Shown here: positions 10,429-22,616 of the stretch, piece by piece | Position numbering within the stretch: position 1 is the first letter of the stretch | How the letters are laid out: each line of letters begins with the position of its first letter | Assembly: GCF_001194135.2 (NCBI RefSeq) | Contig: NC_068987.1 | Span: forward strand, 9,540,136-9,573,790 | DNA length: 33,655 bases | Direction of reading: 5' to 3' | DNA from: Octopus bimaculoides | Taxonomy: Eukaryota | Notes under the pieces: model-generated | Told to the model about the DNA's origin: nothing | Database searches by the model: none | The model's input: the letters and a program-made list of their open reading frames with translations, nothing else | Made by a program: the position numbers and the translations under genes

Positions 10429-10964
10429 NNNNNNNNNNNNNNNNNNNNNNNNNNNNNNNNNNNNNNNNNNNNNNNNNNNNNNNNNNNNNNNNNNNNNNNN
10501 NNNNNNNNNNNNNNNNNNNNNNNNNNNNNNNNNNNNNNNNNNNNNNNNNNNNNNNNNNNNNNNNNNNNNNNNNNNNNNNNNNNNNNNNNNNNNNNNNNNN
10601 NNNNNNNNNNNNNNNNNNNNNNNNNNNNNNNNNNNNNNNNNNNNNNNNNNNNNNNNNNNNNNNNNNNNNNNNNNNNNNNNNNNNNNNNNNNNNNNNNNNN
10701 NNNNNNNNNNNNNNNNNNNNNNNNNNNNNNNNNNNNNNNNNNNNNNNNNNNNNNNNNNNNNNNNNNNNNNNNNNNNNNNNNNNNNNNNNNNNNNNNNNNN
10801 NNNNNNNNNNNNNNNNNNNNNNNNNNNNNNNNNNNNNNNNNNNNNNNNNNNNNNNNNNNNNNNNNNNNNNNNNNNNNNNNNNNNNNNNNNNNNNNNNNNN
10901 NNNNNNNNNNNNNNNNNNNNNNNNNNNNNNNNNNNNNNNNNNNNNNNNNNNNNNNNNNNNNNNN
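10429..10964. other. Assembly gap (536 N)
   Basis: N run. Confidence 1.
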
Positions 10965-11240
10965 TATATATATATATATATATATATATTTGCATAAAAT
11001 ATATTTTTGTGTATATGTATGTTTGTATGGATATAGGTGTTTGTGTGTATTTGTATGTATGTATGTGTGTGTATTTGTGTGTGCGTATATATTATATGTA
11101 CATATAGAATATGTATGCATGTGTAAACGTGTGTGTGTATATGTATATATGACAGCATGGAAAATAGACGTTAAATTATGATGATAATATATGTGTATAT
11201 GAGTATGTATGTAATATAAATATGTATGAATATGTATGTA

Positions 11241-11311
<71 letters not shown>

Positions 11312-11390
11312 CGTATATATATATTTGTGTATGTGTTATATGTATGTATATATGGATGCACATATCCATTTATATATACATGTGTTTGTA
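10965..11390. repeat. (TA)n/(TG)n low-complexity tract
   Basis: Directly visible; source of the YIYI/HTHT ORFs. Confidence 0.95.
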
Positions 11391-11859
11391 AATGTCAAGC
11401 TGGTTAAAAATAGATGCAATTTTTAACCTTCAAGTTTCCAGCAATCTATTTCAGCTCAGAATCAATTTTATTTATTGAAATTATAACCATTGTAATGTAC
11501 ATATTTCATTTTTATTTTTGCCTACAAGAAACAGTTTTACATATTCCAGTAGCTTAGAATTCTGGTGTCCTGGAAGCACTGAATTCTCTGAAGGAATTTT
11601 GAACTGATGTTATGTTGTTTAACTTTTTTTTTAAATTTTTAAATTTTTTTTACCAAATTTCTCTTGAAGCTTATTACTTCTCTTTCAGTTGATTTCTGAA
11701 AATAATGAAATATTTAGTAGAATAAATTTGTCGATATTAAACTGGTTTTTAGAATATAAATTAACATGGAATTTTGATAGGTTTTAATTTACATCACTTG
11801 AAAATAGCAATTTTGTATTATAGAACCAGGTTGGTTTTGTGTGGGTTTGTATTAAAAGG

Positions 11860-12480
11860 GTTGGCAACTTCTTGCAAAAGAAGTTATTGCGATGCTTGGA
11901 AAATTGTTAATTGGTCTATGAGAAGTCTTTGAGTGTTGGCTGGATAACATAGTCTAGTCTGTTTCTTAGATATAAAGTTGGGTGTTGTCAAGGAGAAAAA
12001 TTATCCCTTTTAGGTTGGCCAGAGCTGTAGGTAAATGGTTCTGTTCTTGGTGTATTTTGTTGATTTCTTGGCAGTACATCTCAGCATTGCCAGGATTCAA
12101 GAAATACAGGGTAGGGTGTCCACAAGGTCTAGGTACATGGAGTAAATAAAATCATAACATAAACAATTAAATATAAGAAATAATAATTTCTTAAAGTATG
12201 TGTTAATCCCCATGTACCCAGACTTTGTGGACACCCTGTAGAAGTGAATGATTCCACTTGCTGGCCACTAAATAGTGACTATGATAGTCTTTTGATGTAG
12301 CTTTAGTTTGGGGAAATATTTTATGCCTCACTTTGGACCATACACTGTGCAGATTGCTCTCAGTTGTATAGAATCCTTTTTCTGTGACATTCAATGAAGA
12401 AATAGTCTGTTTTTGATGTTGTCCCAAGTAGCAGCTGCAGGGGTCTACGTAACAGTATTTCAAGCTCTTCCATTGACAAC
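11860..12480 (-). mobile_element. Fossil mariner transposase (Hsmar1/cecropia-like), pseudogenised and split by a MITE
   Basis: Minus strand reads FPKLKLHQKTIIVTI*WPASGIIHF|YFLNPG-NAEMYCQEINKIHQE...ALANLKG...LDN...DFS*TN*QFSKHRNNF. Compare Hsmar1 FPKPNLHQKKVMVTVWWSAAGLIHYSFLNPG...YAQQIDEMH...ALVNRKG.ILLHDN...DLSPTDYHFFKHLDNF (recalled). Confidence 0.85.
12107..12238. mobile_element. Tc1/mariner-type MITE (132 bp) with TA target duplication
   Basis: TA|cagggt(agggt)gtccacaaggtctaggtacatgg ... ccatgtacccagactttgtggacaccctg|TA, about 30-bp TIRs. Removing the element plus one TA restores the transposase frame. Confidence 0.9.
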
Positions 12481-12605
12481 GATTAAAATTGTCTTGGAAA
12501 GCATAAAATACTAAATCTATCCTAAAGTTACCAATATTTTGCTCTTACTGCTTTCTTTGACTAGTGATCTTACTGATTATTTGATTATCAAATATACATA
12601 CATTA

Positions 12606-12768
12606 GGTGCAGGAGTGGCTGTGTGGTAAGTAGCTTGCTTACCAATCACATGGTTCTGGGTTCAGTCCCACTGCGTGGCACTTTTGGCAGGTGTCTTCTA
12701 CTATAGCCTCGGGCTGACCAAAGCCTTGTGAGTGGATTTGGTAGACGGAAACTGAAAGAAGCCCGTCG

Positions 12769-12803
<35 letters not shown>

Positions 12804-13020
12804 ATGTTTGTGTGTCTGTGTTTGTCCCACCTAACATCACTTGACAACCGATGCTGGTGTGTTAATCTCCCCATAATTTAGCGGTTCGGCAAAAGGGTCC
12901 GATAGAATAAGTACTAGGCTTACAAAGAATAAGTCCTGGGGTTGATTTGCTCGACTAAAGGCGGTGCTCCAGCATGGCCGCAGTCAAATGATTGAAACCA
13001 GTAAAAGAGTATAAAAGAGT
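12606..13020 (+). mobile_element. tRNA-derived SINE family C with internal (TA)/(TG) microsatellite
   Basis: A-box tggctgtgtggtaag, B-box gggttcagtccc, CORE-like cac..tgggca.gtgtctt. Closely matches 29408-29818. Confidence 0.92.
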
Positions 13021-13075
13021 ACACACACACATGCAGGTGCACACTTGCATGCATGCACACAAAGAAGCCTACAAG

Positions 13076-13291
13076 GGTGGCGAGCTGGCAGAAACGTTAG
13101 CACGCCGGGCGAAATACTTAGCGTTCTGAGTTCAAATTCCGCCGAGGTCGACTTTGCCTTTCATCCTTTCGGGGTCGATAAATTAAGTACCAGTTACATA
13201 CTGGAGGTCAATGTAATTGACTTAATTTCCTTGTCTGTCCTTGTTTGTCCCCTCTATGTTTAGCCCTTTGTGGGCAATATAGAAATAAGAA
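13076..13291 (+). mobile_element. SINE family B, tail type 1 (...ccccttgtgggcaataaagaaata)
   Basis: Head plus central gactttgcctttcatcctttcggggtcgataaattaagtaccag (resembles the Deu/Nin SINE domain, from memory). Confidence 0.9.
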
Positions 13292-13861
13292 ACCTACATG
13301 TGCACTTACACACACACACACATATCCCTATCCATTCATATAATATGCTTTACTTTATTTTTCCTTCTCTTGCTTCTAGTAAATCATAAGTTACTGCCTT
13401 ACCTTGCAAATTGACAGCTTACCTCTGTGTTTCGTCTTTTTTTCTAGCACAGTTTATTATTTACCTTTCCACACAAAAAAGTTCTTCATAATCCTAATTT
13501 TCCTGTTAAAATATAAATGTGTTTCTTTTTATGTTTTTAAATTCGTCACGCAGCAAAATGAATATTTCTTGCTATATATTTACTTTATCTACATGTCAAA
13601 TAACACAGTGTTGTGCGTGCGTGGGTGCACGTGCATATTAGCTTGCTGATATAAATTTTGCTTGGTGCTTGCACACACATACACATGGATGGATAGATAT
13701 ATATACATACACACAGACACTCATGTATATGTGTGTCTGTATGTATATATGTATATGTATTCATGCATATATATGTATGTATGTAGCTGTTGATTGACAT
13801 GTTCTGTACTCGCCTAATGCTTTATTTTCAAGCATAAATATATTGAGTTTTAAGTAAAATC

Positions 13862-13897
<36 letters not shown>

Positions 13898-15160
13898 TGT
13901 GTGTGGTCATATGTTAAATAAGGTGAAATAAACATCAGTGAAGCTACTTGATGATGTTTCAAGCTCATCTCCTGATGGTGGCTAAAGCAAGCTGTCATCT
14001 TGTTTGAAAATTTTGTTTCGTTAGCAGATATCTCAAGGTCACAAGCATTTCATCTGCTAGCCTGTGTGCTTCATCTAAGTGGAACAGTAAGGACTGAACT
14101 AGCCTTTGCCAAAGCTATGCTCCCATCTTCAGCCTCTTAACAGTCACAACTACCTCGAACTAGTCTTGGCTGTCATTGCTATTTGTTTGATGGTTTTTTT
14201 TCTCTAGTCATCTCATTAGGAAACTGTGGCAGCTGACTTCATCAACCAAGTTTGCAACTTGCACCACAGTTGTTAACTTGCCAAATATTGTGCAAGACGA
14301 TGTTCAAATCCTTGCCTACTCAGACCCATCTTTAATTTGACACTGGTGGCAAATTCAGCTGTAGGTGGTTTCTTCTCAAAACCCTCTGGGTCTTGAGTTC
14401 ACCACCCACTCTAACCCTAACCATGACCCCATTCATCTGTGCTCTGAACATGTTCAGCAGAGAATCCCCAGGCACAGAGGTCAGTCTACTGGTCTTGGAC
14501 TTCCTCTGACTGACAAACAGTTCAATTCTCCTTAGAAATAGAATTCTGGGCAGCATTAGATGCTTTGCATCATCATAGTTGTTCTTTGTTCTTAAATTTG
14601 CATTGGTGAATTTTCATGCAGTGTTCACTGTTGAACATAGCACCATGGATATTGCAATTCCTCTTAGTTTTTAGCCTCCTGTCTTGCTACAACCTTAAAA
14701 TCGTCTAAATTATTGGTCATGTATTTTGTCCTTGATGGTTGATGATCCTTCCTCTTGATCTTTTTAAGGGCTGTTCTCTTCGTTTCATGCTTGTAGCTTT
14801 CTAATAATGAAGGACTTCAGGTGCTAGCGCTAACATTATTGTGTGTCGGCTTTCCAGGATGTCTCTTCTTTGCTCAGATTTTCCTCCGCTACCAATTCAG
14901 TTCCAATGATATTTTCTGTATATATCTATCTATATATACACAAAAGAAACAATTATTGGCTTTGTATGGTGATATCTGTGTGACAGTGGATTTTCATCGA
15001 TGAGTTCATGAACCTTGGTTCTTTTCCCTAAAACTATATATCTATATATATTTTACTCTGTAAAGCTTAATTTAATTTTAATTTTTTATAAATTGATTTT
15101 AATTGAGTTTTTACCTGTAATTTTGGATTTTGTCCCTAATATTATTATTATTATTATATA

Positions 15161-15780
15161 NNNNNNNNNNNNNNNNNNNNNNNNNNNNNNNNNNNNNNNN
15201 NNNNNNNNNNNNNNNNNNNNNNNNNNNNNNNNNNNNNNNNNNNNNNNNNNNNNNNNNNNNNNNNNNNNNNNNNNNNNNNNNNNNNNNNNNNNNNNNNNNN
15301 NNNNNNNNNNNNNNNNNNNNNNNNNNNNNNNNNNNNNNNNNNNNNNNNNNNNNNNNNNNNNNNNNNNNNNNNNNNNNNNNNNNNNNNNNNNNNNNNNNNN
15401 NNNNNNNNNNNNNNNNNNNNNNNNNNNNNNNNNNNNNNNNNNNNNNNNNNNNNNNNNNNNNNNNNNNNNNNNNNNNNNNNNNNNNNNNNNNNNNNNNNNN
15501 NNNNNNNNNNNNNNNNNNNNNNNNNNNNNNNNNNNNNNNNNNNNNNNNNNNNNNNNNNNNNNNNNNNNNNNNNNNNNNNNNNNNNNNNNNNNNNNNNNNN
15601 NNNNNNNNNNNNNNNNNNNNNNNNNNNNNNNNNNNNNNNNNNNNNNNNNNNNNNNNNNNNNNNNNNNNNNNNNNNNNNNNNNNNNNNNNNNNNNNNNNNN
15701 NNNNNNNNNNNNNNNNNNNNNNNNNNNNNNNNNNNNNNNNNNNNNNNNNNNNNNNNNNNNNNNNNNNNNNNNNNNNNNNN
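15161..15780. other. Assembly gap (620 N)
   Basis: N run; could hide an exon. Confidence 1.
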
Positions 15781-16145
15781 NATGTATGACTCAGTATATT
15801 GGTGTTTGTGTGTATGGGTGTATAAAGTTGCACACACATAGTTATATTTATGTATGTGTGTCTGTATACTGATATATATATGTTTGTTACAAATGCTTCC
15901 GTGCACACACACTTTGGGTACCATATGTATATATGCTTATATGTATTTGTATAGATGTGTGTTTGTATGTATATGTATGCATATGTGTGTATGTGTGTGT
16001 GTGTGTGTGTATATGTATGTAGGTGCGTATGGATGTATGTGTATACATGCATGAATATATGTATGTTTCCTTTTGGATAGGGATTTACATAATGTATGTA
16101 TGTATGTATGTATGTATCTATCTATGTGTGTCTGTGTATGTGTAT
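15781..16145. repeat. (TG)/(TATG) low-complexity tract
   Basis: Directly visible. Confidence 0.9.
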
Positions 16146-17260
16146 TTGTGATAAATTAGTGTTGGTTTTGTTTACGCCTCTGTTACTTAACTGTTTGGCA
16201 AAAGAAACAAATAAAATAAGTACCTGTTTTTAAAAAAACAAAGCTTAAGTACTGGGGTCAAATTGTTTGATTAAACCCTTCAGGGCGGTGCCTCAGCATG
16301 GCCACAGACCAATCACTGAAATGAGTAAAGGATAAAAGATAATCCTGTGAGGTAAAAATACTGAGAACAGAAGAGAAAAGATGCTCAGTTGTCATAGAAA
16401 CTAAAGAGATTTCCAAAGTCACAGTTAGAGTGGAAGCTGGGAATAAATATGAGCAATGAAGTGTCTTTTCATGTACATATTACCTAGGTGGCAACTGTGC
16501 AAAAGCCTTGCAGGAAAGATTCTGAGATCATTCAGTATGAAGGAAAGCAGGAAACCATGTTGTGATTGTAGAGAACATTTGTCTTCAGCTGACTGGGTCA
16601 TTGCTCACTACTCTGGTTAGCAGTTTGGCCAAAAGAAACTGATAAAATAAGTACCAGGTTTAAAGAAAAATAAGCACAAGGCGGCGTGCTGGCAGAATCG
16701 TTAGCACACCGGGCGAAATGCCTAGTGGTATTTCATCTGCCATAATGTTCTGAGTTTAAGTTCTGCCGAGGTCGACTTTGCCTTTCATCTTTTCGGGGTT
16801 GATAAATTAAGTACCAGTTACGCACTGGGGTCGATGTAATTGACTTAATCCCTTTGTCTGTCCTTGTTTGTCCTTTCTATGTTTTGCCCCTTGTGGGCAA
16901 TAAAGAAATTTTAAAAATTGCCCAGTGGTTAGAGCAGGATCGCGGTTTCGATTCCCAGACCGGGCGTTGTAAGTGTTTATAGAGCGAAAGCACCTAAAAG
17001 CTCCACGAGGCTCCGGCAGGGCGGGTAGTGGCGAGCCCTTCTCTTCTCTTTTGGGGTCGATAAATTAAGTACCAGTTACGCACTGTGTTCGATGTAATTG
17101 ATTTAATCCCTTTGTCTGTCCTTGTCTGTCCCCTCTATGTTTAGCCCCTTGTGGGCAATAAAGAAATAAAAATAAACACAAGGGTTGATTGATTCAACTA
17201 AAAATTCCTCAAGCTGGTACTGAAGCATGGCCGTAGCCTGATGATTGCAACAAGTAGAAC
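16146..17260 (+). mobile_element. SINE pile-up: C tail (16146-16340), C fragment (~16610-16679), full B (16680-16909), tRNA-like head D (16918-17040) joined to a B tail (17040-17170), C tail remnant (17180-17260)
   Basis: Segments align by eye to the copies at 12606, 13076 and 29408. Confidence 0.8.
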
Positions 17261-18430
17261 GTAGGAGACGACAAACGATACTATATTTCATTTATGATAT
17301 AGTCTGCTTTGTACATTAAAAGATTCCGGAATATATCTCGAAATATTTATCTGTTTGCATTTGAGTGTTTGAGAAAATCTGTAAAGAGATTTGAACTTGA
17401 CTCGAGTGAAGTACATTTTGTGGAGACCTGATAAAATGTGAGCTTAACTTGGGTGAATTAATAAATTTCATTCATTCATAAACAAAAATTCTCTATAGAT
17501 GGAATAAACCTTGCTCTGTCTCTCTCTCTCTCTCTTGTACTTGAATGAATTAAAGGGGGTTAACGAAAAAAAAAAAAAAGATTATCTTGACTATTTAATG
17601 TGGATAATTTTGGAGTTTAACATTTGTTATCGATTAAGATGTTTGTAACTTTGATCACTGGCAGTATCTTCTCCTACACAACTTGGATAGTGCAATATAC
17701 TGAGTTGAACTACTTTTTGGTCTATGAGATTTTCCAGACTTTGTTTTCGGTTTGTATGTTTCTTGATGTGAATCCATGTGTTAAAACAGTTCATGTAGTA
17801 TCTCTGGAGGGTCGTTATGCTAATAAATACACACACTGGTCCTGTGTTGTTTCTTTATTTTTCATATTCATTTGTCAATTGGTTAAACAGTTAACCAATT
17901 AACTGATTGATGATGATGATGATGATGATGACAATTGATTAATCATTTAGTCAGTCAATCAACTAGTGCAATTAATTAATTAATCAGACAATTGATTAAT
18001 TCAAATTAAATTGAAATTAATCAAATAATCGATTTGGTTAAATAGCTAATCAGCTGACAAATAAGAAGTGAAACAGAACCAGTGCATGTGTTTATTATTG
18101 ACATAATGACCCTCCCAGATGCAACAAAAGATTTCTACTTTTTAAGAACAAATGAAACAGTGTTTACTAATTATCAAATATAATCATTATTGTAAATTTT
18201 ATTTAATTTTTATTTGTATACTTTAAAATATTTGAATTGTTTTTTTCTTTATAATTTGAAATGCATTTCCTGTCATGTTTTTGCATTTTGAATTAACTTG
18301 TTTTAGTTATTGTGATTTGTAATATTTGTGGTATATTATTCTTGTTTTGGAAAAAAGGTGTAAAATTTTGTTGCAAAGATGTTCTTTCTTAAAGTATCAT
18401 CAAATCGTTCCTACACCATTTCCAATTTAA

Positions 18431-18538
18431 CCTTTAGCACACTTTAAGCACATCATGTTGCTGTATGAGTTTTCTCCCCTGTAGCAACAGGGCAGTGGCA
18501 GGGGAGACAATTCTAGAGAACATGCTGTGTGCTAAAGG
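18431..18538. mobile_element. 108-bp piggyBac-type mini-MITE
   Basis: TTAA|CCTTTAGCACAC ... GTGTGCTAAAGG|TTAA, a perfect 12-bp TIR with TTAA on both sides, plus an internal stem tctcccctg/caggggaga. Confidence 0.85.
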
Positions 18539-18749
18539 TTAAAATTCTAATCCTCATTTCATTTTGTTTAAAACTTAAAAATTATTTTTTGTTTCTATTG
18601 CATTTTAAATGTTTTCATTTAAAAAAAATTTTTTTAACTTTTGGTCCGCGTGAATCTTTTCATTCCTAAAGGTCAGATAAAATATAACTGGTACTTGAAC
18701 CTTTTCTCTTTCATGTCTGTTTTGTTGATATATATGGTTGGCTTTGCAG

Positions 18750-18839
18750 ATGGTTACTCAGTCAAATGTACCACAGCCACTGACTGCCATATCTGTACAG
18801 AACATGGCACCTACTTCAATGGGAGTTGTTACCACACAG
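18750..18839 (+). CDS. MED25: Probable MED25 exon: MVTQSNVPQPLTAISVQNMAPTSMGVVTTQ
   Basis: Acceptor ctttgcag, donor CAG|GTTATT, exactly 90 nt phase 0/0, Q/M/P/T-rich island in AT-rich intron. Confidence 0.78.
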
Positions 18840-19404
18840 GTTATTCTAATTTTTTTTTCTGTCCTCTATATCCTAAATAATAATAATAATAAAACACCTC
18901 ACCGTTTTTTACCTATCACCACAACTGCTTTTTTTTATTACTTTTCCTTAAGCAAATTAGTTGGACATTATAATTTAGGAACATAAATTAATGAAAATTA
19001 AGCAATATAAAAGACGCTACCACTGTATTGGATATAAACTCAGTTAGGTAATAATTATGTTTAGCTTAGAAACTAAGATGAATCTTTCTTGGCTTTGTCT
19101 TTAGATTTATAAACCGATGTAGTTTGAATGTTAGACTCCTAGGTAAACATAGTTCATTTATGATTCTAATATTTCCCAGCTTCAGTGAATATATGATATA
19201 ACTTGGATGAAACATTTTAAAACTTCCAAGTAAATGGCTGGTTTTTGAAATATATTAGTTGACACTAATGTATTCAGTTCTGACTGCTCTTTATCCTTTA
19301 TAAATGATTTTAAATGAAATCCTTATTTAGACAATTTGTCAGGTTTGTCATACAGATTGTTTCAGCTCTGTGAATTAAACAGTTTATTTATATATTTATT
19401 TGGC

Positions 19405-19560
19405 CAATGTTCAAATTCCGCCAAGGTTGAGAGGTTGATATTGCCTTTCCATCTCCCTTTTAAGGGTCAATAAAGTAAGTACATTTTGAGCAATGGGATG
19501 GATGTAATCGACTTGACCTCCATCTAAAAAAATGCTGGCCTTGTGCCAAAATTTGAAACG
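19405..19560 (+). mobile_element. SINE family B fragment, tail type 2
   Basis: gttcaaattccgcc..tgcctttc..gtcaataaa..agtac..gatgtaatcgact..ggccttgtgcc. Confidence 0.75.
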
Positions 19561-20149
19561 ATAGCTTTTCAATTGAACCTCATGTATTCTGCATCTGCAG
19601 TAGTGCTATCAATAAGCAGATTAGTTTTGGTCAGGCTTCATTTTTGCCTTAGCTCATATTGCAACTGTGACCTTGTATGTGTTGGCCCCTGTGATAGGGG
19701 CTGTTGTCACTTTGGCAGAGAGCTAGAGATTAAAATTGTAGATTTCAGGCAGAGGGGATTTATCTAACGATAGATATAGCTGCTCTTTTTATCAGTGGCA
19801 CAGCGAGAATGTATGCCTCCTGGGGGAAGCCATTGAGTCTGCCCCATCCTGCCAAAAGGTGCTTATACAGCAGATGTAAAGTACTGCCCTTGTAAAAGTG
19901 TCTGCCGAGGTAGACTGTTCTCTTTGGCTCCCTCCCTCCTTCTCTAGCTATGCTACTGGTTTTTAGACAAATAGAAACAAACCATGCTAGGGTTGGTTTG
20001 TTGTGCTTAGTTCTTACTTGCAATGAAAAGTACATGGGGATGGTTTTCATTTGCCAGGAGAAAGATTAAGATATCTAACTATTCTAAAAAAATATATATG
20101 TAATTAAAAATGTAAATAGATAAAGGTATAAAAAAAAATGTCTCTTCCT

Positions 20150-20372
20150 ATGTCCACTGATTTGTTGTTTACTGCAGGGAAAAGGTTATGTTTTGATTTG
20201 CTGTGAGTTCCCACCTATAGCATGCCAACGAGTCTGTTGTTTTTCACTTGTAGTGCAATAGTATGTCTGCTGTTCAATGGAGAGAAATAGAATTGGCAGA
20301 TAAGAGGTTCCCAATGGTAAGGCACAGAACAATTTTTGGACTCCCTTCCGCTAGAGGGACAACCAGTTTATT
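20150..20372. repeat. Unclassified repeat, copy 1 (copy 2 at 24864-25390)
   Basis: atgtccactgatttgttgt..tactgcagggaaa..gt and ttggcagataaga...gctagaggg.ca..cagtttat are shared with copy 2. Confidence 0.8.
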
Positions 20373-20677
20373 TCCCGCCATTCAGCTTTGGTTATTCATT
20401 TGCTTTCCTTGGTCCCTCAGGTTGGTGAAGGTTGTCATCTCAATCGAAAAGAAAGACACACTGCGTCAGGAAATACATATGTTTTCTTTTCACAAACAAA
20501 ACCCCCCATTATTTATTTATTTATTTGCTTGTTTATTAAGGCTCTTTTCCATATCATTTAATGCTCCGTCATATTTTACAAAGATTCACTGTGTGCTCGA
20601 GACAGCTATGGATGACTTTACCTATAAAAACAACACGTAGAACAACAAAAGTAGATCTAAATATCCTTGAAATAGAG

Positions 20678-20976
20678 CAGGGGTTTTCAAACTGTGGTCC
20701 GCGGACCACAGGGTGTCTGCAAGGACAAGACAAGGGGGTCCGTAGACAGCAAATACTTTTTATGGGCAATTTGATTTTATATATGTTTTTTTAATCGAAA
20801 TCTTTTAATTGACAATAAACCTATTTGTTAAATACTGTTAAATAAATAAATGTAAAAATACATGTTATTTTAAGCAAATATTTATGTATAAATTTCATAA
20901 GCGTTTATAAGGGGGTCCCTAAGGTAAAGTCTGAAATATAAAGGGGTCTGCAAGTCAAAAAGTTTGAAAACCCCTG
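20678..20976. mobile_element. hAT MITE (299 bp), intact
   Basis: Perfect 16-bp TIR CAGGGGTTTTCAAACT/AGTTTGAAAACCCCTG and perfect 8-bp TSD AAATAGAG (20670-20677, 20977-20984). Confidence 0.95.
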
Positions 20977-21988
20977 AAATAGAGAACAACATTGAATATG
21001 CAATGCAGACATAGAACACTCGCATCCAATACTCAGAGTTTCCCTACCCACAGCAGATATGACTTTATCTGATTTCTACTCAGTAATCAACTCAAGTACT
21101 ATTGTTAATCAGCTGCAAACAAAAAAAAAAAACCTATAATAACTTCACCACGACTAATGAACTATGAGCTTAATGTTTGTCCATGTCTGGTTTATATTTA
21201 TAAATGTATTTATATGATGCTGTTGTGCAGCTCCATGTCTGAGCAAGCCTCTGACCAAAGGTGTTTCAACCATAGCCATCCCATCAGTTTTTTCAGGCAT
21301 TGTGTACCTAGTTCATACCTTATTCACATTATTTCAGTATGTCCTTTTTATCTGGAAGATGATAGGGTGGGTGAACTTTGAGAGAGGTGTGGTTGTTATT
21401 CTTAACAGGATGAGTGAGAATGTAGAGGTTACCTCATTGTTTCTGTACATATATCTGTGTTAATATATATATATGTGTGTGTGTGCTTCGATATGTGTTT
21501 ATATATATGTGTGTTTGTGTGTGTAATCTGGTGTGTGTGTGTGTGTGTGTGTGCACGTGTGTGTGTATATATATATTTTTATATATATAAAGATGACCAG
21601 TAAAGTGGACATTTAATGTGCTAGAAATAGACCACATGTTGTGTCTACTAAGACCTAATAGTTCTCAAAAGAAATTCAGCGAAATACCAAACCGTAAGCG
21701 AGCAACATGTGGTCTATTTCTAGCACATTACATGTCCACTTTACTGGTCAACTTTATATATATAAAAATATACCTTAATCCCCTAGGATCTCAGATATTT
21801 TTTCTGAATCTCTTGGATTCTTCCAATGTGCTAGCTTCCTGGTAATAAATCGATATTAATTAATATCTGATTTTTACTCTGTTTTAATTTAATTTAAATA
21901 TATATATATATATATCTATATATATATATATACATATATATGGATCAAAACAGTTTGATTCAAATTCATCAATATTCAGATTTCCAAT

Positions 21989-22153
21989 GGCCTTCATGCC
22001 GGTGGCACGTAAAAAGCACCCACTACACTCTCGGAGTGGTTGGCCTTTGGAAGGGCATCCAGCTGTAGAAACCTTGCCAGATCAGATTGGAGCCTGGTGC
22101 AGCCTTCTGGCTTGCTAGTCTTCAGTCAAATCGTCCAACCCATGATGATGATG
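21989..22153 (+). mobile_element. SINE family A, opposite orientation to the other copies, lacking about 26 nt before the tail
   Basis: ggcacgtaaaaagcacccactacactc...aatcgtccaacccatg then (atg)n. Confidence 0.9.
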
Positions 22154-22576
22154 TTCCATGTCTCGTTATCTTCATGTTAATAGATACAAATGAAAATCTG
22201 TAGCCTGGATATGAGAGCTGTAAGTTTTCCATTGGTTCGCCATAGATATTCTCCTTTTCCCCAGTTTTTGACAATACATTCACATCTGTATATATGCTTG
22301 TGTGTGTATGTGTATATGCATTTATATATGTAATGATGTATGTATGTGTGTTTTGATTACAGCATTAGAGCATTTTAGCTCTTATTTCTAGCAATGCAGG
22401 CGTTTTTAACACCCTACTCCTATTTAGCGACAATTATAGCTTTCCTGTTTGGTAAAACATTGCACACTGCTGTCAGTAATAATTTTTTTGGTATATAGAT
22501 ATATATATTTGTTTTTTTGTTATTGTTTTTTGTTTTTTTTAACTATATATATATATATCTATCTATATATCTATAT

Positions 22577-22615
22577 CATCATCATCATCATCATCGTTTA
22601 ACGTCCGCCTTCCAT
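22577..22615 (-). mobile_element. Family A 3'-terminal stub
   Basis: (cat)n cgtttaacgtccgccttccat. Confidence 0.8.
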
Positions 22616-22616
22616 C

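Noticed and set aside
12606-12680. tRNA genes (also 16918, 29408, 32329)
   Set aside because: A and B boxes are present but there is no cloverleaf, and they continue into SINE bodies.
14411-14422. Telomeric CTAACC x2
   Set aside because: Only two units; expected by chance.
13930-14820. Coding-looking segment (ORF 14332..14556)
   Set aside because: No recognisable domain in the frames I examined and no clean splice pair; possibly an old TE, but unsupported.
10207-16052. Longest ORFs (219-321 aa) in the track
   Set aside because: They span N gaps and (TA)/(TG) repeats. Only the zinc-finger end of 10207..10995 is meaningful.
18119-18145. cccag|ATGCAACAAAAG (MQQK) exon candidate
   Set aside because: No GT donor before the in-frame stop.
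20178-20184. 6-7 nt microexon in the repeat pair
   Set aside because: Lengths differ between copies (7 vs 6 nt) and it is repeat-derived.
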